A DNA stretch of 64,000 nt, taken from a virus. Its lineage: Duplodnaviria; Caudoviricetes. Under the pieces are notes generated by a model that had not been told where the DNA came from, did not search any database, and saw nothing but the letters and a program-made list of their open reading frames with translations. This document shows positions 1 through 9,467 of the stretch, in pieces. The translations under genes and the position numbers were made by a program. The stretch lies in the IMG/VR virus record IMGVR_UViG_3300023174_000163, positions 1,102 to 65,101 of that record; one strand, given 5' to 3'. Every line of letters begins with the position of its first letter. Within the stretch, counting starts at the first letter, position 1.

Positions 1-1520
1 ACAAGTAGGGGTATTGCTGGTCCCCTTAGTCTTTCTTCCGCCACAACCATTGCCATATCATCATAATGTTTCTTGGCAACAGATAGAATTTCTGTATTTA
101 CTCCATATTGTTTTAGCTGCTGCATCATGTCGTGAGAGTTCCATCGGTCAAACGTGCACACCTTTATATTAAACCCTCTGGATCTAAGGGAAAGAATATA
201 ATCTTTTACTTCAGTAAAGTCAACAGATTTATCTTTTGTCGGTGTCCAATATCTTACTGCATCAACTTCAATAATAGGTGCTGCTTGAGAGTACGTATCT
301 GTTACCTTTACGTTAACCCATTTTTGCACATGAGACATGGCTACGGCACAGTGGTCATGTTTTTGTGCAAGGTCTACGTGAAGAAAATAAACCTTGTCTG
401 GGTCTGGAACAAACCATTCTTCAAGTCTTCCGAATCGATCTACTGCCTGTGCTCCAACATTAAATGCTTTCTCAACTTTTTCTCTTGATTTAAAAAATGC
501 ATCAATTGCTTCTGGTGGCATGCATGCAAATCTAGATAAGGCATCGGTTGGATTTGTATAGAATGATGTTTTGAAGTCATCAATTGTTCTTACTGGGTTA
601 ATTTCCCAGGTTGGTCTTTTAAGGGCATATACTTTAGGAATCTTATATGAAACTATATGGTCTTCTTCCCACTGAATTTCAAACTCATTGCCCTCTGTTC
701 CGTCTGGCAAATCTTCATACATCTTAAACTTATGTTCACGAATAATGGTTTCTTTTTCAGCAACCACCGCATCGTATCTTTGTTGAATATAATCGTTCTT
801 ATATCTTGGAAATGAAAGAAGAATCACCTTGCCAAAGTCTGGGAAACGTGAGTCAACTGAAGCTCTGTACATGTCATAAATTGCACTACCCGTTTTGGCC
901 TGCTCGTGACCAGTGGTATTTTCAATACTGAATCCTGAAATTTCGTCTAGGATAACTACAATAACGTTATATCCTTCCCATGCCTCACGTTCTGAGTGAC
1001 CAGAGTGAACTGTTATAGCCTTATCAAATTGAACTTCAGATGCCTTTGCATTGTATTTCCCAACAAACCAAGGTGACTTATCAATTCTTGTTTTAAATCC
1101 TTTGAAGAAAACATTGTTTGCCTGCTGAGAGTTAATAGCAATGTTAATAATATCAATGCTATCTCCAGGAGGTTTCCCATAATATGTGGCTGGATCTTTT
1201 AGGCATAGCAATAGATATACTATATATGCTACGGCAATTGTTGAGCAGTAGTCTTTTCCAGAACCTTTGCCTAGCTGAGCAACAACTTCATTTGCTGTCT
1301 GCTTAGATCTTATTCTTCCCTCTTCTTCCCCAAAAAGTTTGATGAGGGTTGCTTCCTTATAAATTTGAGAACTTTTTTCAATTAATGTGTACTGAAATTC
1401 AGATAGCAGTGGCAAGCCTAGGTACTCTGGGCTGTTCACAAATGTTCTTAAGTCGACAGGCTTTTCGTCAAATTCTTCTCCGTCAAGGATGTCAATTAAA
1501 TCTGAAAAATCAAACGACAT
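1..1520 (-). CDS. terL: Terminase large subunit (3' end runs off window)
   Basis: Not in ORF track; translated manually from ATG at 1520: MSFDFSDLIDILDG..., Walker A LGKGSGKD, Walker B VVILDE, nuclease motif YFLHVDLAQKHDHCAVAM. Confidence 0.9.
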   Translation of the reverse strand, partial: MSFDFSDLIDILDGEEFDEKPVDLRTFVNSPEYLGLPLLSEFQYTLIEKSSQIYKEATLIKLFGEEEGRIRSKQTANEVVAQLGKGSGKDYCSTIAVAYIVYLLLCLKDPATYYGKPPGDSIDIINIAINSQQANNVFFKGFKTRIDKSPWFVGKYNAKASEVQFDKAITVHSGHSEREAWEGYNVIVVILDEISGFSIENTTGHEQAKTGSAIYDMYRASVDSRFPDFGKVILLSFPRYKNDYIQQRYDAVVAEKETIIREHKFKMYEDLPDGTEGNEFEIQWEEDHIVSYKIPKVYALKRPTWEINPVRTIDDFKTSFYTNPTDALSRFACMPPEAIDAFFKSREKVEKAFNVGAQAVDRFGRLEEWFVPDPDKVYFLHVDLAQKHDHCAVAMSHVQKWVNVKVTDTYSQAAPIIEVDAVRYWTPTKDKSVDFTEVKDYILSLRSRGFNIKVCTFDRWNSHDMMQQLKQYGVNTEILSVAKKHYDDMAMVVAEERLRGPAIPLL

Positions 1521-2043
1521 CAGCATCCTCAATAACAACAGCCTCAACAATTCCAGTAATTTGTGAAAGTCTTTTAGCAACATTCATTTTACAGTTTGGG
1601 CATCCAGAAGTAACTTCTTTTAATATCTTTACGAGGATGTCTTGCTTACGTTCTGTGTCTGCAATTTGTCCAGCAAGCTCAGCGTTATCTAGTAATCCTA
1701 CCTGCTGAAGCATACCAATTCTTTTTGTTTCAATGTCTGATATAAGCTTTAGCGCATTGGCCTTAACATTTAGTTGACCAGATTGATCTGCGTCCTCTAC
1801 GGTCTTCCAGGCCTCTTTGATGAGCATTGCGTAGTGCTGGTCTGCCCCAGAGATTGCTTCTTTTGCACGTTCTCTTGAAGAGGTGTCGTTGTGTACAACA
1901 GATTTCCACTCGTCAATAAGCTCAACAACTTCTGCACGTTTAAATCCAGTAAGGTTTGCTATTGTTGTGGGATTATTACCCTTAAGGAGTTCTTCAACTA
2001 CCTTATTCATGCGATCATAATGATCTGCTAATTCAATTTCCAT
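1510..2043 (-). CDS. Putative terminase small subunit (N-terminal HTH, helical body)
   Basis: HTH-like N-terminus; overlaps terL start; position. Confidence 0.6.
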   Translation of the reverse strand: MEIELADHYDRMNKVVEELLKGNNPTTIANLTGFKRAEVVELIDEWKSVVHNDTSSRERAKEAISGADQHYAMLIKEAWKTVEDADQSGQLNVKANALKLISDIETKRIGMLQQVGLLDNAELAGQIADTERKQDILVKILKEVTSGCPNCKMNVAKRLSQITGIVEAVVIEDADVV

Positions 2044-2051
2044 ATAGTATT

Positions 2052-2080
2052 ATTATACTTCTAGTCAACTGAAATAGCAA
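2052..2080 (-). promoter_or_regulatory. sigma70/sigmaA-type promoter, near-leaderless
   Basis: TTGCTA-17 nt-TATAAT, 8 nt before ATG at 2043. Confidence 0.65.
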
Positions 2081-2405
2081 GTTTCTTAGCAATTTTAAGT
2101 AAGATTAGATAGCCAATCATGTCGTCAATATCATTATCTCCTGCAAATCCTGAACCATTTTTGATTCTATTAATCTTATCATCAATACGGATTTTAATTT
2201 GTTCTTGATTATCCGCCTGAGAAAATATGCGAATTGGACTCAATGCTGAGTCACCATATGAAATGTTTTTATTAATTAGCATCTCTGCAATATCAAGACA
2301 TTCTCTAATAATTTTATGTCCTGATGGAGCATCTGTTGCAATTAATTGTAAATCTGTTACCCATGCTTGATAGCTATCTTTATTTGGATAATCGGTGTCC
2401 GCCAT
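2061..2405 (-). CDS. DUF1599/Nmad1-like (nucleotide-modification-associated) protein
   Basis: KNISYGDS...RIDDKINRI...DDMIGYLIL pattern. Confidence 0.65.
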   Translation of the reverse strand: MADTDYPNKDSYQAWVTDLQLIATDAPSGHKIIRECLDIAEMLINKNISYGDSALSPIRIFSQADNQEQIKIRIDDKINRIKNGSGFAGDNDIDDMIGYLILLKIAKKLAISVD

Positions 2406-2414
2406 TTTTTCTCC

Positions 2415-3842
2415 CTATTGTATTTGTGATTCATATCTGGTATCTATCGATACTGGACTTTTAAAATGCGGAGGCAATGTGTATACATTAAATGCACCTT
2501 CATCACCACCTCTAAAAATAAACCAATCAGTAGGCCTGCTAATTCCGTGATCTTCAACATGTTTAATCAGCCTCCTTGCGCCTTCTTTAGAAACCACATA
2601 GCAAAGCGTAGACCAGTCTTGATATCCCTTTGATACATAATAACTAATTTCGTGGGTCTTGTCAAACCTATCATATTGATTAGGGTGTACAAATATACTT
2701 AATACATCATAATCTGAAGGAACATTGTCCATAGCCACATTATACTTTTCAATAAAATTATTCTCAATTAAAACATCATCTTCAAAGATAAGTATGTTAT
2801 CTAAATTGTTTTGTACCAAAAACTTCCAAGCCAAGTAATGGCTTCCAAAGTTTCCAATTTCTCCATTTTTAAATCCTGCCCATGTCAATTTAAAGTTTGG
2901 GTTTTCTTTAAAAAACTTTAATTTATTTTCTTCTTCTCTTGCATCAACACAATCTATCTCAAGTTTATTAGACATTAAAATTTCATCTACACGATCTCTA
3001 TTTGATCTTCTAGTCTCATCTATATGAATTATATGATAATTTATTTCTCTGTTATCTATAATTTTAAAGTCTGGCCCATAAAAAGAATCTATTGTTACTG
3101 ATCCATCTCTAGCCATTCTTTTGTAGCAGTCAGATTCAATTCGCATTGCAGTATCAACATCCATATTATTCTTTTTACAGAACTTATAGAAATTATCAAG
3201 CACTAATCTAGTTTCATGTGTTGCTTGTCCATGATCATAGCTGCTTCCTTTTGGATGCTCTATAATATGTTCTTTATCTCTAACGACTAATTTATTGCTT
3301 ATGACTGCAAGTGCTGACCAAACAATATCTATGCCCCATCCAGACACCATGCCATCCAGTTTTGTTTGCTCATATAGGTAATCAAAATACTCAAGCATTT
3401 GAATAACTATATCTTTATGAAGATAAATCATAATGCCATTAGTGTTTGTTGATACTAATAAATTTTTATCTGTTTTAAAGCTACCAAGACTAGTAGTTCC
3501 CTCAAACCACGGGTCGTAGGTAAAATGTGGGGCATAAACATGAATATTTTTATACCTTGACAAAACCCTATTTGCTCTATCTAGATGGCCTTGCCAGTTA
3601 TTGTAACTAACATCTCCACATATAAATATCATAAAGTCATTAGAAAAGTCAAATTCTTTTAACGCCTTATAGAATTGTTTAAAATATCTGATGTCTCCAA
3701 CATTATCCCAGTGATCCTGTTTTATTTCCCCAGAATTAATAACCTTATGTGGTTGACCACAATCAATAAATTGTTTTTCAATATTATTAACTACATTGCT
3801 GTTAACATCATCCCAACATACAATATAGGCAAATGACTTCAT
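2415..3842 (-). CDS. Two-domain glycosyltransferase (GT-A-like N-terminus + GT25-like C-terminus)
   Basis: C-terminal GEIGNFGSHYLAW, ILIFEDDV, YVVSKEGARRL, PTDW motifs typical of GT25; N-terminal SGWGID...H motif. Confidence 0.75.
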   Translation of the reverse strand: MKSFAYIVCWDDVNSNVVNNIEKQFIDCGQPHKVINSGEIKQDHWDNVGDIRYFKQFYKALKEFDFSNDFMIFICGDVSYNNWQGHLDRANRVLSRYKNIHVYAPHFTYDPWFEGTTSLGSFKTDKNLLVSTNTNGIMIYLHKDIVIQMLEYFDYLYEQTKLDGMVSGWGIDIVWSALAVISNKLVVRDKEHIIEHPKGSSYDHGQATHETRLVLDNFYKFCKKNNMDVDTAMRIESDCYKRMARDGSVTIDSFYGPDFKIIDNREINYHIIHIDETRRSNRDRVDEILMSNKLEIDCVDAREEENKLKFFKENPNFKLTWAGFKNGEIGNFGSHYLAWKFLVQNNLDNILIFEDDVLIENNFIEKYNVAMDNVPSDYDVLSIFVHPNQYDRFDKTHEISYYVSKGYQDWSTLCYVVSKEGARRLIKHVEDHGISRPTDWFIFRGGDEGAFNVYTLPPHFKSPVSIDTRYESQIQ

Positions 3843-4264
3843 GACATCCTACTTCGTATTGCACTTGAGGAAATGGTCTTTGTGTAAGGAACATATACTA
3901 AACCAATTCCTCTTTCATCTAACCACTTTTGATCAAAGCTCATTTGAGAATAATAATCTTTTTCTGCCCAATCTGATCCAACAACTATATAGTTAGGCTG
4001 AACTTGGTCAATAGCTATTCTTGAGTCTGCCCCGCCAACATTCATAACAACACGGTCAACATATCTACAGGACAATAAAACTTCTGCTCTTTCATCTTCG
4101 CTGCATATAGGCTTTTTATTTTTAAACTGCCAGATAAAATCATCTGTGTTTAAAGAGGCCACCACTAAACCATCTGGACCAGCAATTTCTTTACATCTTT
4201 TTAATAAATTAACATGGCCAGAATGAAATAAATCAAATGTTCCTCCAGTATATACTACGGTCAT
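3839..4264 (-). CDS. Cytidylyltransferase, TagD/RfaE-like
   Basis: YTGGTFDLFHSGHVNLL (HxGH), VVGSDW, YTKTISSSAIR. Confidence 0.9.
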   Translation of the reverse strand: MTVVYTGGTFDLFHSGHVNLLKRCKEIAGPDGLVVASLNTDDFIWQFKNKKPICSEDERAEVLLSCRYVDRVVMNVGGADSRIAIDQVQPNYIVVGSDWAEKDYYSQMSFDQKWLDERGIGLVYVPYTKTISSSAIRSRMS

Positions 4265-4944
4265 GACAAACCCAACTTTCTATTTAAACTATTAAATGTA
4301 TCTTCCGATAAGAACCAGCCGTCCCATATAGATTCTTCTGGCAAAACATTTATGTATCCATTTTTTTTCATAATATCTTCTAATGGTCCACGATTAACTG
4401 TTTCATTATGCTCTATAGTCAAGACTTTAAATTTTCTAGAGAAGTCATAGTTTTGCAAAATAGAAAGCTCTGAGCCTTCTGTGTCAATAGACATATAATC
4501 AATTACATCTGGTGCATTATGCTTATTTAAAAGATCATTAAGTGATATTGTTTCAACATCATATGTCTGACCTATGCTTTTTCTGATCTCTGTATGTGCG
4601 TCAAAGTAAGCGTACTGCTCTATACCAGATAAACCCTGTAGGCCTGGAATTTCTAAAAAACTTACAGTATTTCCAGTTTTATCTGCTACGCATAGATCAT
4701 CTATTGCCACTGTTCTTTTTGTCTTTAAAATTTTATTATAGTGTTTGGAGGGCTCAACTAATAATCCATTCCATCCATAATAAGTTTCTAGTAAAAATGT
4801 ATTAGAAAGATATATTCCATCACATGCACCAAACTCTACAAAGTATCCTGGCTTTCTTCCTAAACAAAATAATACGAATAGGTCCTGCTTAATTTGAGAA
4901 TAGCTTTCTAGTTTATCGCAGAAATCATTAAACTCTTTAATCAT
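4261..4944 (-). CDS. FkbM-family SAM methyltransferase
   Basis: YSQIKQD, FVEFGACDG, SNT, WNGLLVEP, IDYMSIDTEGSE. Confidence 0.9.
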   Translation of the reverse strand: MIKEFNDFCDKLESYSQIKQDLFVLFCLGRKPGYFVEFGACDGIYLSNTFLLETYYGWNGLLVEPSKHYNKILKTKRTVAIDDLCVADKTGNTVSFLEIPGLQGLSGIEQYAYFDAHTEIRKSIGQTYDVETISLNDLLNKHNAPDVIDYMSIDTEGSELSILQNYDFSRKFKVLTIEHNETVNRGPLEDIMKKNGYINVLPEESIWDGWFLSEDTFNSLNRKLGLS

Positions 4945-5087
4945 CTTTTTTTAATTAATCCAAACTGGTCTAGGTATCTCTGTATGGTCATAGCAGAAAC
5001 ATTGCATTCTTTTGCTATCTCTGTAACTGTTTTCTTTTGGACAACATACCTTCTATGCAACCAATCTTTGCTTTGATATAACTTCAT
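4941..5087 (-). CDS. Small HTH DNA-binding protein (48 aa)
   Basis: Not in ORF track; MKLYQSKDWLHRRYVVQKKTVTEIAKECNVSAMTIQRYLDQFGLIKKR; ATGA overlaps on both sides. Confidence 0.8.
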   Translation of the reverse strand: MKLYQSKDWLHRRYVVQKKTVTEIAKECNVSAMTIQRYLDQFGLIKKR

Positions 5088-5653
5088 CGTTCCGTCAGCA
5101 CCTTATTTGCATAATGAGCAATTCCAAATGAATCTGCTACATCAAAGTCTTCTAAAGATAGTTTATACTTATTATTAAAGTAATCAACCGTTCTTTGCTT
5201 ACGCATATTCCTTAGTTGTGTCTTATACCATGAATCTGCATACCCTGGATTCTTTACTCTTACTGCCGACTTTTCATCCTTTGTTGGATTTTTGTTTCCA
5301 ATATAAGCTTGCCAAGCGGTAGGAGAAATAGTGATAACCTTAGCTCCAGTAGACATAAGCTCAGCAATAACAACGCCATATACATAAGATAATTTTATCA
5401 CAGCATCTGGGGATCTGACAAGTATGGCTCCCTCTACTACAATATAGTCAGACTTTAATTCATCTAACATCACGCCCATTTTACGTTTAGCATCATATAT
5501 TTTTTCATATATGTCATTGCCTGCTAGATTAATCTTGCCCCATTTTAATGGAACATCATTTTCCATTAGGCAAAAAGCTATTGAATTAGTAGAAGCATCT
5601 ATTCCAAGAACTCTACTTGCCTGTGTCTTTTTTAGGCTAGCTAACGTCATCAA
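5084..5653 (-). CDS. ruvC: RuvC-like Holliday junction resolvase
   Basis: VLGIDAS, IVVEG, DVADSFGIA acidic motifs. Confidence 0.8.
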   Translation of the reverse strand: MMTLASLKKTQASRVLGIDASTNSIAFCLMENDVPLKWGKINLAGNDIYEKIYDAKRKMGVMLDELKSDYIVVEGAILVRSPDAVIKLSYVYGVVIAELMSTGAKVITISPTAWQAYIGNKNPTKDEKSAVRVKNPGYADSWYKTQLRNMRKQRTVDYFNNKYKLSLEDFDVADSFGIAHYANKVLTER

Positions 5654-5915
5654 TCATGCCAATCAATTTATTTTTATTAGAGAGGTTAATCTTTTTTTCA
5701 CATGCCGAACATATGTTAGACTGATTATATCTGCTCAACTGAATTTTACATTTAGAGCATGCCCTAAAAGCACCATTTCTAATTGCTTTTTTTTCATAAT
5801 ACTTTTCCATGATTCTTCTGTTTGTTGCAACTCTGCAACATTCATCAGAACAATATTTTTGATTATGTGTCTTTGCATCAAAATCTTTAGCACATTCTTT
5901 GTTTCCACAAATCAT
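5637..5915 (-). CDS. Cys-rich zinc-finger protein
   Basis: CxxxxC, YCSDEC and two CxxC pairs. Confidence 0.65.
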   Translation of the reverse strand: MICGNKECAKDFDAKTHNQKYCSDECCRVATNRRIMEKYYEKKAIRNGAFRACSKCKIQLSRYNQSNICSACEKKINLSNKNKLIGMIDDVS

Positions 5916-6703
5916 AACTTTGGAACCTCAAACTTTTCTATTTGCACTGTGCCTACTGGAGTTTCTTTAGAATAACATTCCTTTTTAATTGGGCAATACG
6001 TGCAAGGCATCTTTGATTTAGTTGCACCAATTGGACGCATAGGAAGATCTCCATCTTTAAAATTATCCCAAACTTCTTGCATCCATATAAATGTATCTTC
6101 AATTATCTTAGTATTCTTTTCGTTCATAGATACTGGAATAATTAAAATCTCTTGAGTATTTTTATTTTCATACAGGAAGAATCCTTCCTTTGCATTCTTA
6201 AGCTTCATATATGTAAGCAACTGTAACATATGGTTAGCAGATGACTTCATCTCAGCCTGTCTTGTATCCCATACTTCTTGCTTTGCCGTCTTAATTTCCC
6301 CAATAACGGTCTCGCCATCATACTCCATAATTAAGTCAATGAAGCCACGAATAGGCGGATACTCATTGATGATCTCTTCTTCTTCCGCTCTCCACTCTGG
6401 CATTGTCTTAATTAAATTCTGTAGTCTTTCATGAGCCTGAGTTCCCTGAGCCATATTAGCAACAGCGACAGCATCGTTATCATCAATAAACATTGCTCCG
6501 CTAAAAGCCATGTACCAATATCTTGGGCATGTTCCATGTCCGTAACCCAAGGAGCTTGGACTAAATGACTTTTTTGTCATCTGGCCATCTGCACGTTTTG
6601 TGTTTCTATATGATTCATCAAGCAAGTTTGCAAAAAGCTCTGGGTCAAAAAACTTACCCGTATGTTTCTTAAACTTAAGATTCTTTACTATATCTCGACC
6701 CAC
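5912..6703 (-). CDS. Cas4-like/RecB-type PD-(D/E)XK exonuclease with 4-Cys Fe-S motif
   Basis: CPRYW, H, GFID, GEIKT, QLLTY, CTYCPIKKEC. Confidence 0.8.
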   Translation of the reverse strand: MGRDIVKNLKFKKHTGKFFDPELFANLLDESYRNTKRADGQMTKKSFSPSSLGYGHGTCPRYWYMAFSGAMFIDDNDAVAVANMAQGTQAHERLQNLIKTMPEWRAEEEEIINEYPPIRGFIDLIMEYDGETVIGEIKTAKQEVWDTRQAEMKSSANHMLQLLTYMKLKNAKEGFFLYENKNTQEILIIPVSMNEKNTKIIEDTFIWMQEVWDNFKDGDLPMRPIGATKSKMPCTYCPIKKECYSKETPVGTVQIEKFEVPKL

Positions 6704-7041
6704 TATGAATTATACCTAACAACATACTTAAGTGCATCTACAAGTTTGTCTATGGACTCCTTTACTGAGTAATATACGTTCTTCTTATTATTATTTACGG
6801 TTCCCGCTTTATCTTTAGCAATTGTGGAGTAAACTGACGACATGACAGCAAACTTAGTTGACATTGCTTGGAGCTCCATAATAAGCATAGGTGCTTTTGC
6901 GGAAGGAACATCTGGATTCATTAATAATTTTACAACAATTGCTAACGCTTTATCTAGGTGTTCGTCTTTCATAAACTCATGCAGGTCGTTAAACTCTGTA
7001 ATATCGCTTATTAGCTCTAATGTGTTTTTATCTTGTGTCAT
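6703..7041 (-). CDS. Hypothetical helical protein
   Basis: ORF; start placed at ATG 7041, which overlaps the upstream stop (ATGA). Confidence 0.6.
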   Translation of the reverse strand: MTQDKNTLELISDITEFNDLHEFMKDEHLDKALAIVVKLLMNPDVPSAKAPMLIMELQAMSTKFAVMSSVYSTIAKDKAGTVNNNKKNVYYSVKESIDKLVDALKYVVRYNS

Positions 7042-7199
7042 GAAAAGATCCTTTGAACTAAACCATAACCCATCCACAAACCAAATATTCCCATAAGTCC
7101 AGCAAATACTGGTGGGGCTGGTACTGGAAGCTTGAATATACTAAACACTGCTCCAACACCCATACCTGTTAGTGTTGTTAAAAATACTTCTTTAATCAT
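7038..7199 (-). CDS. XapX/DUF1427-like small membrane protein (53 aa)
   Basis: Not in ORF track; MIKEVFLTTLTGMGVGAVFSIFKLPVPAPPVFAGLMGIFGLWMGYGLVQRIFS; LPxPAPP between two hydrophobic helices. Confidence 0.75.
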   Translation of the reverse strand: MIKEVFLTTLTGMGVGAVFSIFKLPVPAPPVFAGLMGIFGLWMGYGLVQRIFS

Positions 7200-7497
7200 G
7201 GTTGTCCTCCCAAAATTGGATCAGTTCCTCTAGAACCGCCCATTCAATAATTCCAAGACGAACCTTGGATTCCTTGCCAATAATAACTTTTAGTGCTGGA
7301 TGCATATCTCTATTTACTTTAAATGTATCTGTGCATATCTTTGCCCAGTTATCTTTATTTAAAGCAAAAGATTTGCCCGTTTCTTTATAATCAACAAGGA
7401 AATGTTTCCATTGTGCGTCACCCTTTTGATAATCTCCACGCCCACTATTCTTTTGAGCCTTTGCGCCATCACGCTTTACTTCAGATCTTTCTGACAT
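7192..7497 (-). CDS. Small PD-(D/E)XK nuclease, Hjc-like resolvase
   Basis: E...SGRG..KGD....LVDYKET. Confidence 0.6.
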   Translation of the reverse strand: MSERSEVKRDGAKAQKNSGRGDYQKGDAQWKHFLVDYKETGKSFALNKDNWAKICTDTFKVNRDMHPALKVIIGKESKVRLGIIEWAVLEELIQFWEDNHD

Positions 7498-7688
7498 TAT
7501 CCAACCTTAAATATTGTTTCATGACCCTTTGAACATCTCCAAGACATTACCATATCAAGTGGGTCCCAAAAAGCACCTTCAACATCTTCATCACATTTTG
7601 AACATGGTCTTTTACCGCCAAGTTTTTCTAGATTGTATGGATCTAATTTTTCAGTTGGCTTATTAAAAAATTCATTAAGATCTGGCAT
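7497..7688 (-). CDS. Small zinc-ribbon protein
   Basis: CSKC...CSKGH. Confidence 0.55.
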   Translation of the reverse strand: MPDLNEFFNKPTEKLDPYNLEKLGGKRPCSKCDEDVEGAFWDPLDMVMSWRCSKGHETIFKVG

Positions 7689-8679
7689 TTATTTCTCCTT
7701 GTAAGTTGTCTACAACATCTTGATTTTCCTTCAAATATGCTACAGCTTTTGCACGTCCTTGAAAACGTTCTCCATTTACTGTATACCATGCTCCACCCTT
7801 TTCTACTATCCCGCACATTTCTGCAACGTCAAGTGTTTCTCCTACTCTATCTACACCAAGAGTTTCCCCTTGGTAGTAAAAGTCGTACTGTCCCGATAAA
7901 TTTGGGGGACCGAGTTTGTTGTAATCAATAATCCAATTAACTGGTCGCCCAACTCTTTGTTCAATGATTTTGTCGCCAACTTTAATCCCAGCTTTAATAG
8001 CATTCGCCTCAGCTTCAGACGACCAGAGTTTAATGACAGTGGAAGAAAAGAACTTGACTGCCATGCCACCTGTGGGGATGTGACTAGCATGCATAGATCC
8101 AAATTGATTTCGTTGCTGTGAGATAAGAACAAGTAATGTGTTTTTGTTTGCATAATTTAACATCTTGACTGCGTGGGTCATATCCTTTGCTTCTGCGCCG
8201 ATTTGCTTAGTGTCTTGCAAATCCTTCATTTCATTTCCGTCTTTTTCAAAATATATTCCTGGAAGCAATGCGGATATGGAGTCAACAACAATTACATCAA
8301 CACCAGCTTCCATTAACTTAACGCCAACATCTACCATATCATTAACAGTTTTAGCCTGAGAGTAAATAAGAGAAGATGAATCTACCCCCAACTGCTCTGC
8401 CCATTTTTGATCATATGATGCTTCAGCATCAATCCAAGCACATGTCTTTCCTTCTTGTTGAGCTAGCGCTATCATCTGTAAACAGAAAGAAGATTTCCCA
8501 GCAGACTTGTTGCCCCAAACTAGGACTTGTCTGCCATACCCTAAGCCGCCCTTTAATGCCATGTTTAATCCAATGCTGGGCGTTAATTGTTTTTCAACAA
8601 CAACGTTTTGTGCAGACTGGACTCTTGCTCTTGTTTTTGGATCTAGCTTTGCTAATATATTATCAATTATAATTGTCAT
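7675..8679 (-). CDS. recA: RecA recombinase
   Basis: GNKSAGKS Walker A, WIDAE, VIVVDSISAL, GGMAVKF, KGGAWY. Confidence 0.93.
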   Translation of the reverse strand: MTIIIDNILAKLDPKTRARVQSAQNVVVEKQLTPSIGLNMALKGGLGYGRQVLVWGNKSAGKSSFCLQMIALAQQEGKTCAWIDAEASYDQKWAEQLGVDSSSLIYSQAKTVNDMVDVGVKLMEAGVDVIVVDSISALLPGIYFEKDGNEMKDLQDTKQIGAEAKDMTHAVKMLNYANKNTLLVLISQQRNQFGSMHASHIPTGGMAVKFFSSTVIKLWSSEAEANAIKAGIKVGDKIIEQRVGRPVNWIIDYNKLGPPNLSGQYDFYYQGETLGVDRVGETLDVAEMCGIVEKGGAWYTVNGERFQGRAKAVAYLKENQDVVDNLQGEINARS

Positions 8680-8699
8680 TTAAACTCTTTCTTTCTCAT

Positions 8700-8708
8700 A
8701 GTATAGCA
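8700..8708 (-). promoter_or_regulatory. Extended -10 promoter for recA
   Basis: TGCTATACT about 20 nt upstream of recA start. Confidence 0.5.
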
Positions 8709-9056
8709 TTAAAATAAATTGCCGTGAAGTCTTGGGCGTTCTTTATTTATACTCATCTTATTATTTAAAACTTCATCAATTGAATGCTCTAACAAATTAG
8801 AACTCATCATTGCAGCATATAAATCTAGAAGCCTAATAATAACATCAGCCATTTCTTCTACAGTATTTTTACTACCTTTATTTTTTCTAACTGCTTCCAG
8901 CACTTCTGTTACTTCTGAATGGACTAAGGCAAGCTTGTTACCAATTACATTGTAATTTATTTCTTCGTCCCAAAATCCTTTTTCCTTTGCTGTCTCATGC
9001 AGCACAGCTGCCAAAGCATCCAGACCGTAGTCTGTTACCATATCAAACGCTTCCAT
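8709..9056 (-). CDS. MazG-like NTP pyrophosphohydrolase
   Basis: LVHSEVTEVLEA...EEMADVIIRLLD...KMSINKERP. Confidence 0.85.
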   Translation of the reverse strand: MEAFDMVTDYGLDALAAVLHETAKEKGFWDEEINYNVIGNKLALVHSEVTEVLEAVRKNKGSKNTVEEMADVIIRLLDLYAAMMSSNLLEHSIDEVLNNKMSINKERPRLHGNLF

Positions 9057-9240
9057 CTTCTATTTCCTTTAAGCTAAATGTAAATGAAGATTTTTCTTCA
9101 TTATAAAATACTGCAATTTCCCTACTATCTGATGCGGCATTTAAAAACGTTGCCGTCTTAACGTCCACAGTTTTAATTGTATCTAGTATGGCAATAAGTA
9201 ATTGCCCTAGATTTAAGTCTACTGGTAGCTCTTCTGTCAT
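9043..9240 (-). CDS. Hypothetical protein
   Basis: ORF tightly packed in operon. Confidence 0.55.
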   Translation of the reverse strand: MTEELPVDLNLGQLLIAILDTIKTVDVKTATFLNAASDSREIAVFYNEEKSSFTFSLKEIEDGSV

Positions 9241-9467
9241 TTATCCTCCACGAATATATCTATCTTGCCATTTGATTTAAGCCAATCAAACGTTGCCATT
9301 AGGTGCTCTCTTGTTTCACAAGTTTCGCAACCGTCATATAAGTCATAAGGCTCCCAATCTTCTGGAACCACATCATCATATAAATAGCTCATGCACATTG
9401 ATCTATGATCACCTATGAATCTTTCAAGTCTTTTTGCTTCTTCAGTTGTTAAGACGACCTCAATCAT
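9237..9467 (-). CDS. Hypothetical acidic protein with CxxC
   Basis: ORF with ATGA overlaps; GCETC. Confidence 0.55.
   Translation of the reverse strand: MIEVVLTTEEAKRLERFIGDHRSMCMSYLYDDVVPEDWEPYDLYDGCETCETREHLMATFDWLKSNGKIDIFVEDK

Noticed and set aside
5912-6703. CRISPR-Cas system suggested by Cas4-like gene
   Set aside because: No array, cas1/cas2 or effector genes seen; solo Cas4-like nucleases are common in phages
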